A DNA stretch of 64,000 nucleotides, from contig CAYIAA010000002.1 in assembly GCA_964361405.1 (NCBI GenBank), positions 5,299 to 69,298 of the forward strand, in the 5' to 3' direction. Each line of letters begins with the position of its first letter. Position 1 is the first letter of the stretch. This stretch comes from an uncultured Candidatus Saccharibacteria bacterium. GTDB lineage: Bacteria; Patescibacteriota; Minisyncoccia; Phycocordibacterales; UBA3531. The notes beneath the pieces were generated by a model. The model ran no database searches. It had not been told where the DNA came from and was given only the letters and a program-made list of their open reading frames with translations. Shown piece after piece: positions 20,086-28,658 of this stretch. The position numbers and the translations under genes are program-made.

Positions 20086-20151
20086 AGTATAGCGTAGCGG
20101 TTACGATACTGTCAAGCTCAGTGTTGACAGTATCTGGGAAACGACTATACT
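20086..20151. promoter_or_regulatory. Back-to-back divergent sigma70 promoters (secG / groES)
   Basis: Plus: TTGACA(20124)-N16-TATACT; minus: TTGACA(20115)-N18-TATACT; the -35 boxes lie in an 11-bp inverted repeat. Confidence 0.7.
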
Positions 20152-20236
20152 GGTTCCGACAACAGATTCTTTTTCTCCTTTTTTTCATTTTTAACACTGG
20201 GGATTATTAGTAAAGCCAAAGATAAGGGTATGGCGT

Positions 20237-20554
20237 ATGAGTACCAAACAAACCAGAACGATTATTAAACCACTCGGGGATCGTGTCCTCGTTGAACCGA
20301 TCAGCCCAGATGACCTTCTGTTGAAGACGAAGGGCGGAATTATCATTCCCGAGACCGTCGATAAAGAAAGGCCGGAGCGGGGGAGAGTGGTTGCCGTGGG
20401 GCCCGGGAAAATCGAAGAAGGACGCATAGTGCCGATGTCCGTAAAGAAAGGCCAAATCGTCATTTTTTCGAAATATGGTCCGGATGAAATCAAGGTAGAC
20501 GGCAAAGAATATTTCATTTTGAGCGAGTCGAGTATTTTAGCGGTGATCGAATAA
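20237..20554 (+). CDS. groES: Co-chaperonin GroES
   Basis: KPLGDRVLV, TKGGIIIP, VAVGPG. Confidence 0.97.
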   Translation: MSTKQTRTIIKPLGDRVLVEPISPDDLLLKTKGGIIIPETVDKERPERGRVVAVGPGKIEEGRIVPMSVKKGQIVIFSKYGPDEIKVDGKEYFILSESSILAVIE

Positions 20555-20572
20555 CGTATCAGAATAACGAAT

Positions 20573-22237
20573 ATGACAGCAAAACAAATTCTCTTTAACG
20601 ATGAAGCCCGAGCAGGTCTCAAGCGCGGTATCGACAAGCTTTCACAGGCAGTCAAAATGACGCTCGGCCCGCGCGGCAGGGCAGTGGTAATCGAAAAGGG
20701 CTATGGAGCCCCGCAGGTAACCTTGGACGGTGTGACGGTTGCAAAAGAGATTGAGCTTGAGGAAAAGTTCGAGAATCTTGGCGCAGATTTAATCAAACAA
20801 GCGGCGGAAAAGACAAATGACCTTGTGGGCGATGGAACTACGACGTCCGTCATTATTGCGCACTCTATTATAGAAGAGGGCGAGAAAGCGGTCCGTGAAA
20901 AGAGTTTTAACGTCATCCAGCTTGCCGACGAACTGATGGCGGGAACAGAGTCTGTGATCCGCTCGCTCGAAGACCAGAAGGAACCCATCAATGACCAGAA
21001 GAAGATTGAAGAGGTCGCCGCGCTCTCGGCGAAAGACGCGGATATTGGCAAATTGATCGCCACTGTCATCGCAAAAGTCGGCAAAGACGGTGTGGTGACG
21101 ATCGAAGACTCAAATACCATGGTGAGCGATTTCGAGCTCGTCGAGGGTATGCAGTTTGACCGCGGCTACATTTCGCCTTACATGATCACGAATCCCGATA
21201 AGATGGAGGCGCAGTACTCCGACCCTTACATCCTCATTACCGATAAAAAGATTTCATCCATTAAGGAAATTCTTCCGATCCTCGAGACGCTTGCGGCGCA
21301 AGGAAAGAAAGAACTTGTCATTATTGCCGACGAGATTGAAGGAGAGGCTTTGGCGACACTCGTCGTGAATAAACTCCGCGGAATTTTGCACACGCTCGCA
21401 ATCAAGTCCCCGGGCTACGGAGACCGAAAGAAAGAAATGCTTGAAGACATTGCGATTATGACCGGTGGCAAAGTGGTCTCGGAAGACATTGGTCTTAAGC
21501 TTGAAGGCGTCGGACTTGAAGTTTTGGGACGGGCGCGCAAAGTAATCGCGACGAAAGATGCAACGACGGTCGTCGGCGGAAAGGGCAAGAAAGCCGACAT
21601 TGAAAACCGGCTGAAACAGCTTCGGAAACAGCTTGAGCTTTCTGACTCGACATTTGACAAGGAAAAATTTGAAGAGCGTATCGGAAAACTCTCTGGAGGC
21701 GTTGCCGTGATTAAAGTCGGCGCTCCGACGGAGTCGGCACAGAAGGAATTGAAACAGCGCGTTGAAGACGCCGTTGCGGCGACGAAAGCAGCGATGGAAG
21801 AGGGAATCGTTCCCGGCGGCGGCATCGCGCTTTTTAACATCGCGTCGGGGAAAACGGGTAAGGCGACGTCAGACGAAGTTTCTGCTCGGGCGAAAGAAAT
21901 TCTCGCGGGGGCACTCCGCGCGCCGCTCACCGCAATCATCGAGAACAGCGGCAAGTCAGCACCGGACACCATTCGTGCGCTTGAGGAAGGAAAGCGTGAC
22001 GCGAAATCCGCTTCGGCGCGGACATGGCTCGGTTTTAATGCCGTCACGAATAAAGTCGAAGATTTGAAGCGCGCAGGCATCATTGACCCCTTGAAAGTGA
22101 CGAAAACTGCATTCTTAAATGCTGTTTCTATTGCGGCCAGCTACCTTACGATTGGCGCCGCAATTGCCGATATCCCGAAGAAAGACGAACCAGGACACCC
22201 AGGCGGCGGAGGCATGCCTGGCGGGATGGATTATTAA
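20573..22237 (+). CDS. groEL: Chaperonin GroEL
   Basis: TLGPRGR, GDGTTT, EGMQFDRGY, GGM tail. Confidence 0.98.
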   Translation: MTAKQILFNDEARAGLKRGIDKLSQAVKMTLGPRGRAVVIEKGYGAPQVTLDGVTVAKEIELEEKFENLGADLIKQAAEKTNDLVGDGTTTSVIIAHSIIEEGEKAVREKSFNVIQLADELMAGTESVIRSLEDQKEPINDQKKIEEVAALSAKDADIGKLIATVIAKVGKDGVVTIEDSNTMVSDFELVEGMQFDRGYISPYMITNPDKMEAQYSDPYILITDKKISSIKEILPILETLAAQGKKELVIIADEIEGEALATLVVNKLRGILHTLAIKSPGYGDRKKEMLEDIAIMTGGKVVSEDIGLKLEGVGLEVLGRARKVIATKDATTVVGGKGKKADIENRLKQLRKQLELSDSTFDKEKFEERIGKLSGGVAVIKVGAPTESAQKELKQRVEDAVAATKAAMEEGIVPGGGIALFNIASGKTGKATSDEVSARAKEILAGALRAPLTAIIENSGKSAPDTIRALEEGKRDAKSASARTWLGFNAVTNKVEDLKRAGIIDPLKVTKTAFLNAVSIAASYLTIGAAIADIPKKDEPGHPGGGGMPGGMDY

Positions 22238-22294
22238 CAGCAGGTTTGGTGAAGGTGGCGGAGTTTTTCACGCCCCGATGCTATACTATAGCAG

Positions 22295-23266
22295 ATGATG
22301 TGGTCAGAGATGAACGAGCGTAAGGTTTTTGTAGCCGCTCTTGGCAGTGTACTGGGGATCATACTCCTCATTATCGGTGCCGCCTTTCTCACGCAGGGCG
22401 GACGAATTGACAGGAGTCTCTCCACCGGCGAAAGTGCTGGGGGCGTTTCAGGCAGGCCCGCGGCCGATATGGCCGAAGATGCCTTCTATAGTAATAGGAA
22501 TAGTAAAGAGTTTCCTCCGATCTATCCCACTCCAGAGCCGGGCAACTCCCGCACCACAGGCAGAGATCGCTCTGTCATACAAACTGCCTCTCTTTCGCTT
22601 CTCGTCACCAAAGCTGAAGAAACAGTACAGGCGGTTACTGATTTGGTTTTGGGTGCAGGCGGATTTGTAGAAAACATTGATCTTTTCGAAGTGAGTGAGG
22701 ATGTTAAGAATGGCAGTATGGTGGTGCGAGTACCCGAGGATAAACTTCGCACGATGACGGAGTCTATTAAAGGACTCGCTATCCGTGTCGAGCATGAGAG
22801 TTTGAATTCGCAGGATGTGACGGACCAGATTGTTGATCTCGAGGCCCGTCTCAAGAATCTCCGCGCGTCCGAGGTACAGCTTCGCACACTTCTTGCCCGG
22901 GCGGGTGAGATTGCAGACATTCTCGAAGTTGAGCGTGAATTGACGCGGACACGGGGAGAAATCGAGCAATATCAAGCCCAGCTTGAAAGTGTGAAATCAC
23001 GCGTTTCTTACTCCATCATTTCACTTGAGCTTACCTCGGAGCCTGATACGAAAGTTTTCGGAGTTCACTGGCGGCCGCTCTACGTGGCGAAGTTATCTCT
23101 CCGTACGACACTTGAAGACGCGAGAAACTTTATCGACGGACTCATTCTTTTCGTTGTTCGTCTCCCATTCCTCCTCGCTAAACTTGCAATCTATCTTCTA
23201 GGACTCTTTATTATCTACGTTCTCGGGAGGAAACTTTATTACTGGGGACAAGAGAAGTTCCTATAA
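22295..23266 (+). CDS. DUF4349-like membrane protein
   Basis: RVP, DVTDQIVDLEARLKNL, coiled coil, N- and C-terminal TMs. Confidence 0.8.
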   Translation: MMWSEMNERKVFVAALGSVLGIILLIIGAAFLTQGGRIDRSLSTGESAGGVSGRPAADMAEDAFYSNRNSKEFPPIYPTPEPGNSRTTGRDRSVIQTASLSLLVTKAEETVQAVTDLVLGAGGFVENIDLFEVSEDVKNGSMVVRVPEDKLRTMTESIKGLAIRVEHESLNSQDVTDQIVDLEARLKNLRASEVQLRTLLARAGEIADILEVERELTRTRGEIEQYQAQLESVKSRVSYSIISLELTSEPDTKVFGVHWRPLYVAKLSLRTTLEDARNFIDGLILFVVRLPFLLAKLAIYLLGLFIIYVLGRKLYYWGQEKFL

Positions 23267-23280
23267 AAATTAGTATCACT

Positions 23281-23838
23281 ATGAATATCTTACTTATTAT
23301 TCTTGCTGTTATCGGGGTAATCGTGCTCTGGATTGTTTTTATCTACAACCATTTCGTTCGCCTCGTAAATCGAGCGAAGGAAGCGTGGGCGGACATTGAA
23401 GTGCAGTTGAAGCGTCGCTATGACTTGATTCCGAACCTTGTCACGACGGTGAAGGGCTATGCCACACATGAACGGGAGGCTTTTGAGAATGTGACTACTG
23501 CCCGCGCAGCCGCGCTCGGCGCGGGAACCGTGGCCGACCATGCGAAAGCGGAAAATGTTTTGACCGGGGCGCTTAAATCGGTCTTCGCGATTTCCGAAGC
23601 GTACCCGGATCTTAAGGCGAATACGAACTTTCTTGAACTTCAGCGTGAGCTCTCCGACACGGAAAACAAAATTCAAGCGGCGCGGCGTTTCTACAATACG
23701 AACGTGAGGGACCTAAATACCGGCATCGAATCATTCCCGGGAAATGTGATTGCATCTACATTTAAATTCACGAAGCAAGAATTTTTTGACCTCGACGAAG
23801 CTCCGGAGTCGCGCGCAGTTCCGGAAGTGAAGTTCTAG
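23281..23838 (+). CDS. lemA: LemA family protein
   Basis: VQLKRRYDLIPNLV, EAYPDLKA, ARRFYN. Confidence 0.95.
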   Translation: MNILLIILAVIGVIVLWIVFIYNHFVRLVNRAKEAWADIEVQLKRRYDLIPNLVTTVKGYATHEREAFENVTTARAAALGAGTVADHAKAENVLTGALKSVFAISEAYPDLKANTNFLELQRELSDTENKIQAARRFYNTNVRDLNTGIESFPGNVIASTFKFTKQEFFDLDEAPESRAVPEVKF

Positions 23839-23847
23839 AAGGCTCCT

Positions 23848-24753
23848 GTGTCACTCTATACGCACCAAGAAGCCAATGTCCGGAAGACATGGCTCCTCAT
23901 AACGTTTTTCCTCGTTCTTGTGACGAGCGTGGGGTATGCCTTCTCGCAAATTTACGGCAATCCCTCGATTGTTATCATCGCTTTTGCCGCGAGTGTGGTG
24001 ATGAGCGTCAGCTCCTACTGGTTCTCGGATAAAATTGTGATCGCTTCGATGGGCGCGCGAGTGCTTCCAGATGTCGAGGCGCCAGACCTTCACAACATCG
24101 TTGAAAATCTCGCTATTACCGCCGGTCTCCCCAAGCCGAGAATCTATATTGTGGATTCACCACAGCCAAACGCTTTTGCCACCGGCCGTGACAAAGAACA
24201 TGCCGTGGTCGCCGTCACAACTGGACTTCTCACACTACTTGACCATTCCGAGCTTGAAGGGGTGCTTGCGCATGAGCTCTCCCACGTTGGGAATCGGGAC
24301 GTGCTCGTTTCAACCGTCGTAGTAGTTCTTTTGGGGGCTGTCCAATTGCTCTCCGATTTTTTTCTTCGTTCTCTCCGCTTCGGTGGGCTTGGAGGAGGAC
24401 GAGATAGGAATTCTGGGCAAGCGCAAGCGATATTTTTTTTGTTAGGAATTGCTCTCGCCATTCTTGCGCCAATTGCGGCAGTATTGATTCAGCTCGCGGT
24501 TTCGCGGAAGCGTGAGTTTCTCGCGGATGCCTCGGGTGCCCTTTTAACGCGCTATCCCGATGGCCTTGCCTCGGCGCTCGAGAAGATTCATCGCGATCAT
24601 ACGCCAATGGGGCAAGCGAACCATGCAACGGCTCATCTCTGGTTTGATGACCCCTACCAGGGGAAGCAAAATACTGTCAAGTGGTTTGCAAAAATCTTCA
24701 TGACCCACCCACCGGTGGAAGACCGGATTGCCGCCCTCCGCGGAGAAAGGTAG
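23848..24753 (+). CDS. htpX: Zinc metalloprotease HtpX (M48)
   Basis: PNAFATG, AHELSH, SRKREFLAD, THPP. Confidence 0.95.
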   Translation: MSLYTHQEANVRKTWLLITFFLVLVTSVGYAFSQIYGNPSIVIIAFAASVVMSVSSYWFSDKIVIASMGARVLPDVEAPDLHNIVENLAITAGLPKPRIYIVDSPQPNAFATGRDKEHAVVAVTTGLLTLLDHSELEGVLAHELSHVGNRDVLVSTVVVVLLGAVQLLSDFFLRSLRFGGLGGGRDRNSGQAQAIFFLLGIALAILAPIAAVLIQLAVSRKREFLADASGALLTRYPDGLASALEKIHRDHTPMGQANHATAHLWFDDPYQGKQNTVKWFAKIFMTHPPVEDRIAALRGER

Positions 24754-24998
24754 AGTGTTCACGGAAGGAAAGATATTTCAACATCGGGCTTTGCTTCTCA
24801 AGCAATTCTCCTATCCTCATTAAACAAGTTGCAGATGCATTTGGAAAAATGCAAATTATACCTCATATTGATAAGCGAGGACAAAATATCTATTTATATC
24901 GTGAGGATGCTGTTCAGCGATACCTAAAGCGATTTGGTACCTCAAACGAACGAATTAGTTCTGTGTATCGTTATTGGAAGGGTGCCAGAGTGGTCTAA
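24754..24998 (+). pseudogene. C-terminal remnant of a LAGLIDADG-like homing endonuclease overlapping the tRNA-Ser 5' end
   Basis: NIGLCFSSNS..LIKQV...IYLY...[15 protein letters not shown]; no start codon or N-terminus; stop lies inside the tRNA D-loop; family call by recognition only. Confidence 0.55.
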
Positions 24999-25065
24999 TG
25001 GACATGCTTGGAAAGCATGCGTACGGGAAACCGTACCGGGAGTTCGAATCTCCCCCCTTCCGCCA
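24976..25065 (+). tRNA. tRNA-Ser(GGA), encoded CCA
   Basis: GGAAGGG/CCCTTCC acceptor, CATGC-TTGGAAA-GCATG, long variable arm. Confidence 0.96.
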
Positions 25066-25207
25066 AAATTCGGAATCAGAAGAAACGGACAAAGCGGGGT
25101 CACGCCGAAGGCGCGACACTAATACATTCCCCCCGTCGAATTCAGAATCCAAAAGGTTTTTCCACGCTCTCTGGTTTCTCTCTTGGACGTTTGATAAAGT
25201 GTAGGCG

Positions 25208-25765
25208 ATGATTGCGAATGTCTATCTTCTTCTTTTCGTCGGACTTTTTCTCGGCGGGGAAACAGTCTTGATTCCGGCAGTCTATTTTGCCTTAAATGGT
25301 GATTTGGATTTGCTGACGCTCTTTGCTATCTCTATTTTTGCGACACTCATATCGGACTCTCTTTGGTATATGTTTGGTCGCGTCGCGAAATTTGACAGAA
25401 TCGCTCGGTGGCCAATCGTGGGGCGGCAAGCGGGCGTGATAGCAAAAATATCGGGGGTTTTCCGCGCGCACAGCTTGAAAATTCTTTTTGGATCAAAATT
25501 CGTCTACGGCACGAGAGTTGCGGCACAAATCCTTTCGGGTGCCTATGCTGTGCCTTTTTTCCACTACCTTCTTGTGAATATCGTTGGCGTCTTAGCACTT
25601 CAGGGATATATTGTTCTCCTTGCACTTTCTCTCGACCGCGGACTTGGAGAAGTTAAAGGTTTTTTCTACGGCACGGAAGTGTTTTTTGCGGTCTTTCTCG
25701 TATTTCTCATCGCACTCCACTTATGGATACACAAAACGGTAAAAAAACTTTGGTTTCAGCAATAA
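25208..25765 (+). CDS. DedA/VTT family membrane protein
   Basis: GGETVLI, SDSLWY.FGR, SKFVYGTR. Confidence 0.8.
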   Translation: MIANVYLLLFVGLFLGGETVLIPAVYFALNGDLDLLTLFAISIFATLISDSLWYMFGRVAKFDRIARWPIVGRQAGVIAKISGVFRAHSLKILFGSKFVYGTRVAAQILSGAYAVPFFHYLLVNIVGVLALQGYIVLLALSLDRGLGEVKGFFYGTEVFFAVFLVFLIALHLWIHKTVKKLWFQQ

Positions 25766-26469
25766 TTCCTGCGTTTAACGAAGAGGAAACGATCGGTGAA
25801 GTTATTCACTCTGCCTCGAGACACCCGCTTATCGGGGAAATTCTTGTCGTTGACGATGGTTCCTCGGATCGGACTGCCGAGCGCGCTCGAGAGGCTGGCG
25901 CGCGGGTGATTTCCCTTTCTGAAAATTGCGGCAAGGCCGAAGCACTTGAAGCAGGTGTTCGCGAAGCTCTACATGACGTTCTTCTTTTCCTCGATGCTGA
26001 TATTTCCGGACTTACCCGAGAGTCTATACACCACCTTGTGATGCCTGTGGTAAGTGGCCGCCATGAACACTATGTTGGGCTCCGCGGCCGGAAGTTTTTT
26101 CTTCTCAACCGGTTTCTTCACCTCGTCCCCATTTTGGGTGGCGAGCGCGCACTTACTCGCAATCTCTGGGAACAGGTGCCACATGACTACAAGAAAGGGT
26201 TCCAAATCGAAATCGCTCTCAACTATTTTTCAAAAAAAACAAAAGGTAATATGGGGTTTGAAGTTATTCATGGACTTACCCACCGCACCAAGGAAAAGAA
26301 ATTTGGATTACTTGAGGGATTTCTGCGGCGTATTGGGATGTCGGGCGAGGTTCTTCTCATCGCGACGAAGCTCTATGTTTTGGAAGAGGTAAAACAAAAA
26401 TTCGCCACACTTTCGAAGTCGCTTCGGCTCCGTTGGGAGAATTCTCTCGTGCGAAGCAAGGATCTTTGA
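25723..26469 (+). CDS. Glycosyltransferase family 2
   Basis: IIPAFNEE, VDDGSSD, FLDAD. Confidence 0.92.
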   Translation: MDTQNGKKTLVSAIIPAFNEEETIGEVIHSASRHPLIGEILVVDDGSSDRTAERAREAGARVISLSENCGKAEALEAGVREALHDVLLFLDADISGLTRESIHHLVMPVVSGRHEHYVGLRGRKFFLLNRFLHLVPILGGERALTRNLWEQVPHDYKKGFQIEIALNYFSKKTKGNMGFEVIHGLTHRTKEKKFGLLEGFLRRIGMSGEVLLIATKLYVLEEVKQKFATLSKSLRLRWENSLVRSKDL

Positions 26470-26532
26470 TAGGCCCATCGAATGTGAGTTCATGTTATAC
26501 TGAATCAATAGTATCAATAGGGTGAAATAGGT

Positions 26533-26949
26533 ATGATTAATGTAGCAGTTAATTATCCCGCAGTTCTAGTCGGAGGTGTCATCTATATTGCGCTCGGATT
26601 TCTCTGGTACTCACCGATACTTTTCGGGAAGCGTTTTATGATGCTCATGGGATGGGGTCCGGAGAAGATGAAGGAGAAACCCAAGGGAATGGAGAAAACA
26701 TACGCAATGAGTTTTCTCTCCGCACTCGTCATGAGCTTCGCTCTTTCGGTGCTTTCGGGCTACGCAGGTGTGGGTACAGCTCTCGCTGGAGCGAAACTTG
26801 GACTCTTAGCCGGAGTCGGTTTTGTAGCGACGTCGACACTCTCAAGCGTTCTCTATGAGAAAAAGTCTTTCGAACTCTATCTCATTAACGCCGGTTACTA
26901 CGTCGTCGTGCTTGTAGTGGTCGGCGCTTTACTCGCTATCTGGGTATAA
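26533..26949 (+). CDS. DUF1761-like membrane protein
   Basis: LGFLWYSP.LFG and LYLINAGY motifs. Confidence 0.8.
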   Translation: MINVAVNYPAVLVGGVIYIALGFLWYSPILFGKRFMMLMGWGPEKMKEKPKGMEKTYAMSFLSALVMSFALSVLSGYAGVGTALAGAKLGLLAGVGFVATSTLSSVLYEKKSFELYLINAGYYVVVLVVVGALLAIWV

Positions 26950-26958
26950 GGCGGCTCA

Positions 26959-27534
26959 ATGGAGCTCCGTAAGGGAATAACGTGCTTGCGGCGCGGGGGC
27001 GTTCTGGTAGCTCCCACCGACACGCTCTATGGAGTTCTCGGGAATGCCCTGTCCCGATCAACCGTCGCTCGCATCGAGCGCATTAAAGGGCGCAGTAGAG
27101 AGAAGCCCTTCATTATTTTACTGGGCTCGGTTCGGAATCTCGGTCGCTTCGGTGTTTCTCCTTCGGTCTCGGAGCGGAAAATACTCGACCGTCTCTGGCC
27201 CGGGAAAGTGAGTGTCGTATTTCAGTGTAGAGGTGAGCGTTTTCGTTATCTCCACCGTGGGACAAAGACACTTGCATTTCGTGTTCCGAAAAAGAAAATG
27301 CTTACCGTATTTCTCAAGCACGTGGGTCCTCTCGTCGCACCATCCGCAAATCCGGAAGGGAAGCGGCCCGCACGGAGTATCCGCGAGGCGCGGAATTATT
27401 TTGGTGAAAAGGTTGACCTCTATATTCCCGGAGGGACATTGCGCGGTAAGCCGTCAACGATTATCATGATGCACAGCGGAAAAGTAAAAGTACTCCGAAA
27501 GGGAGCTAAACAAATTAATTTTTTAACACCATGA
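26959..27534 (+). CDS. tsaC: L-threonylcarbamoyladenylate synthase (TsaC/Sua5)
   Basis: PTDTLYG, KGR..KP, APSAN, PSTI. Confidence 0.93.
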   Translation: MELRKGITCLRRGGVLVAPTDTLYGVLGNALSRSTVARIERIKGRSREKPFIILLGSVRNLGRFGVSPSVSERKILDRLWPGKVSVVFQCRGERFRYLHRGTKTLAFRVPKKKMLTVFLKHVGPLVAPSANPEGKRPARSIREARNYFGEKVDLYIPGGTLRGKPSTIIMMHSGKVKVLRKGAKQINFLTP

Positions 27535-27977
27535 AACTATTTCTTCTACGGCACACTGAATATACTCCGGATTTTTCCATTGCCGGGAATGTTGACCCAG
27601 GCCTTTCGGAAGATGGAAAAAAACACGCAGAAGTATTGGCAGAAAAACTCGCCGGAGAAACATACAACTATATTTTTGTCAGCCCGAAAAAAAGAACGCT
27701 CGAAACGGTATTGCCGCTCATTGAACGTTTAAAAAATATTGAACCGATGGAAAATAATTTTCTTCTCGAGGGTGACTCACTCGAAGAAACGTTTGGACGA
27801 GCGCAATCATTTCTCGATTTTCTAAAAAAAGATTTTCAGGACGCTACAGTGCTTACGTGCGGACACCAAATATCTCTTTCATGTCTTGCACTTCTTCTGC
27901 GAGGTGAACCACTTGAGCGATTTAGCGATACGGAACCGTTTGAATACGGCGAGGTACGGACATTCGGCGTGAAATGA
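27531..27977 (+). CDS. Histidine phosphatase family protein
   Basis: LFLLRH, LS..G, VSPKKRT.ET, distal GH. Confidence 0.75.
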   Translation: MKLFLLRHTEYTPDFSIAGNVDPGLSEDGKKHAEVLAEKLAGETYNYIFVSPKKRTLETVLPLIERLKNIEPMENNFLLEGDSLEETFGRAQSFLDFLKKDFQDATVLTCGHQISLSCLALLLRGEPLERFSDTEPFEYGEVRTFGVK

Positions 27978-28020
27978 AATAAGTAATGCCCACCACGCAA
28001 CTCTGCGTGGTGGGCATTAC
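27976..28020 (-). terminator. Terminator, 17-bp stem overlapping the stop of cassette D
   Basis: GTAATGCCCACCACGCA-ACTC-TGCGTGGTGGGCATTAC at 27983-28020. Confidence 0.85.
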
Positions 28021-28334
28021 TCCAGTCTCAATCGACAAGGAGCGTGGACGAAAAACCGTCCGCGGAACCATTCTTTCTTCCCATCGGGAAGTGCAATGAG
28101 AAGGAGCTGTGAATGCATGAAGTTTCCGCATGTTTGCTTATGTTTGCGGAGATCAGGGTCCGCGGGACCCATACACGTACAGCGCCCAATTCCAGGTTCT
28201 TTTCTGATTTCAAGAACCTCACGTGGCCCATCGTCGTACCTGTCGATGAAATGTTCAACGAGTCCACGCATAATCTCATAGGGGTCGCAGATGTTCGGGA
28301 TTACCCATTCCCCTTTCTTGAATTCAACAGCCAT
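28017..28334 (-). CDS. Hypothetical orphan protein (cassette D)
   Basis: AAGGAG SD, TTGACA-N18-TATGCT (28419-28390), own terminator; CTC..H...C..H residues. Confidence 0.65.
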   Translation of the reverse strand: MAVEFKKGEWVIPNICDPYEIMRGLVEHFIDRYDDGPREVLEIRKEPGIGRCTCMGPADPDLRKHKQTCGNFMHSQLLLIALPDGKKEWFRGRFFVHAPCRLRLE

Positions 28335-28658
28335 AGTTTCTCCTTGACCGCATCCGCGGAGAGAATTGTGGAAGGTCTAACCCAGCTCAAGCATAGGGGA
28401 GTATGCTCCACGTTGTCAATCAGGAGTGACACTACATAAATCATTAAGTGTCAATAGCTCCCACTCCGAACAATTTTTCAAAAAGAAAGAAACAACTCAA
28501 AAAAAGTCTTACTGCTTCCCCTGCGTCCGGCTGGTGAGATTTTTTTGTTTTACAAAACTCTTTTTTTGTTTTCTTTTCCGTTTTCTATCGGTTATCCACT
28601 TTTTTGTCGAACAGTTGCGATTACAATACAATTTACCAATGAATTTTTTCTTCTAAAA

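Noticed and set aside
20191-20217. Possible CIRCE element (TTAACACTG...) upstream of groES
   Set aside because: Only a degenerate left arm; the right arm does not match GAGTGCTAA
21415-22083. 222-aa ORF antisense to groEL and similar antisense ORFs in ftsZ, gyrA and rnj
   Set aside because: Typical codon-bias shadows of highly conserved genes
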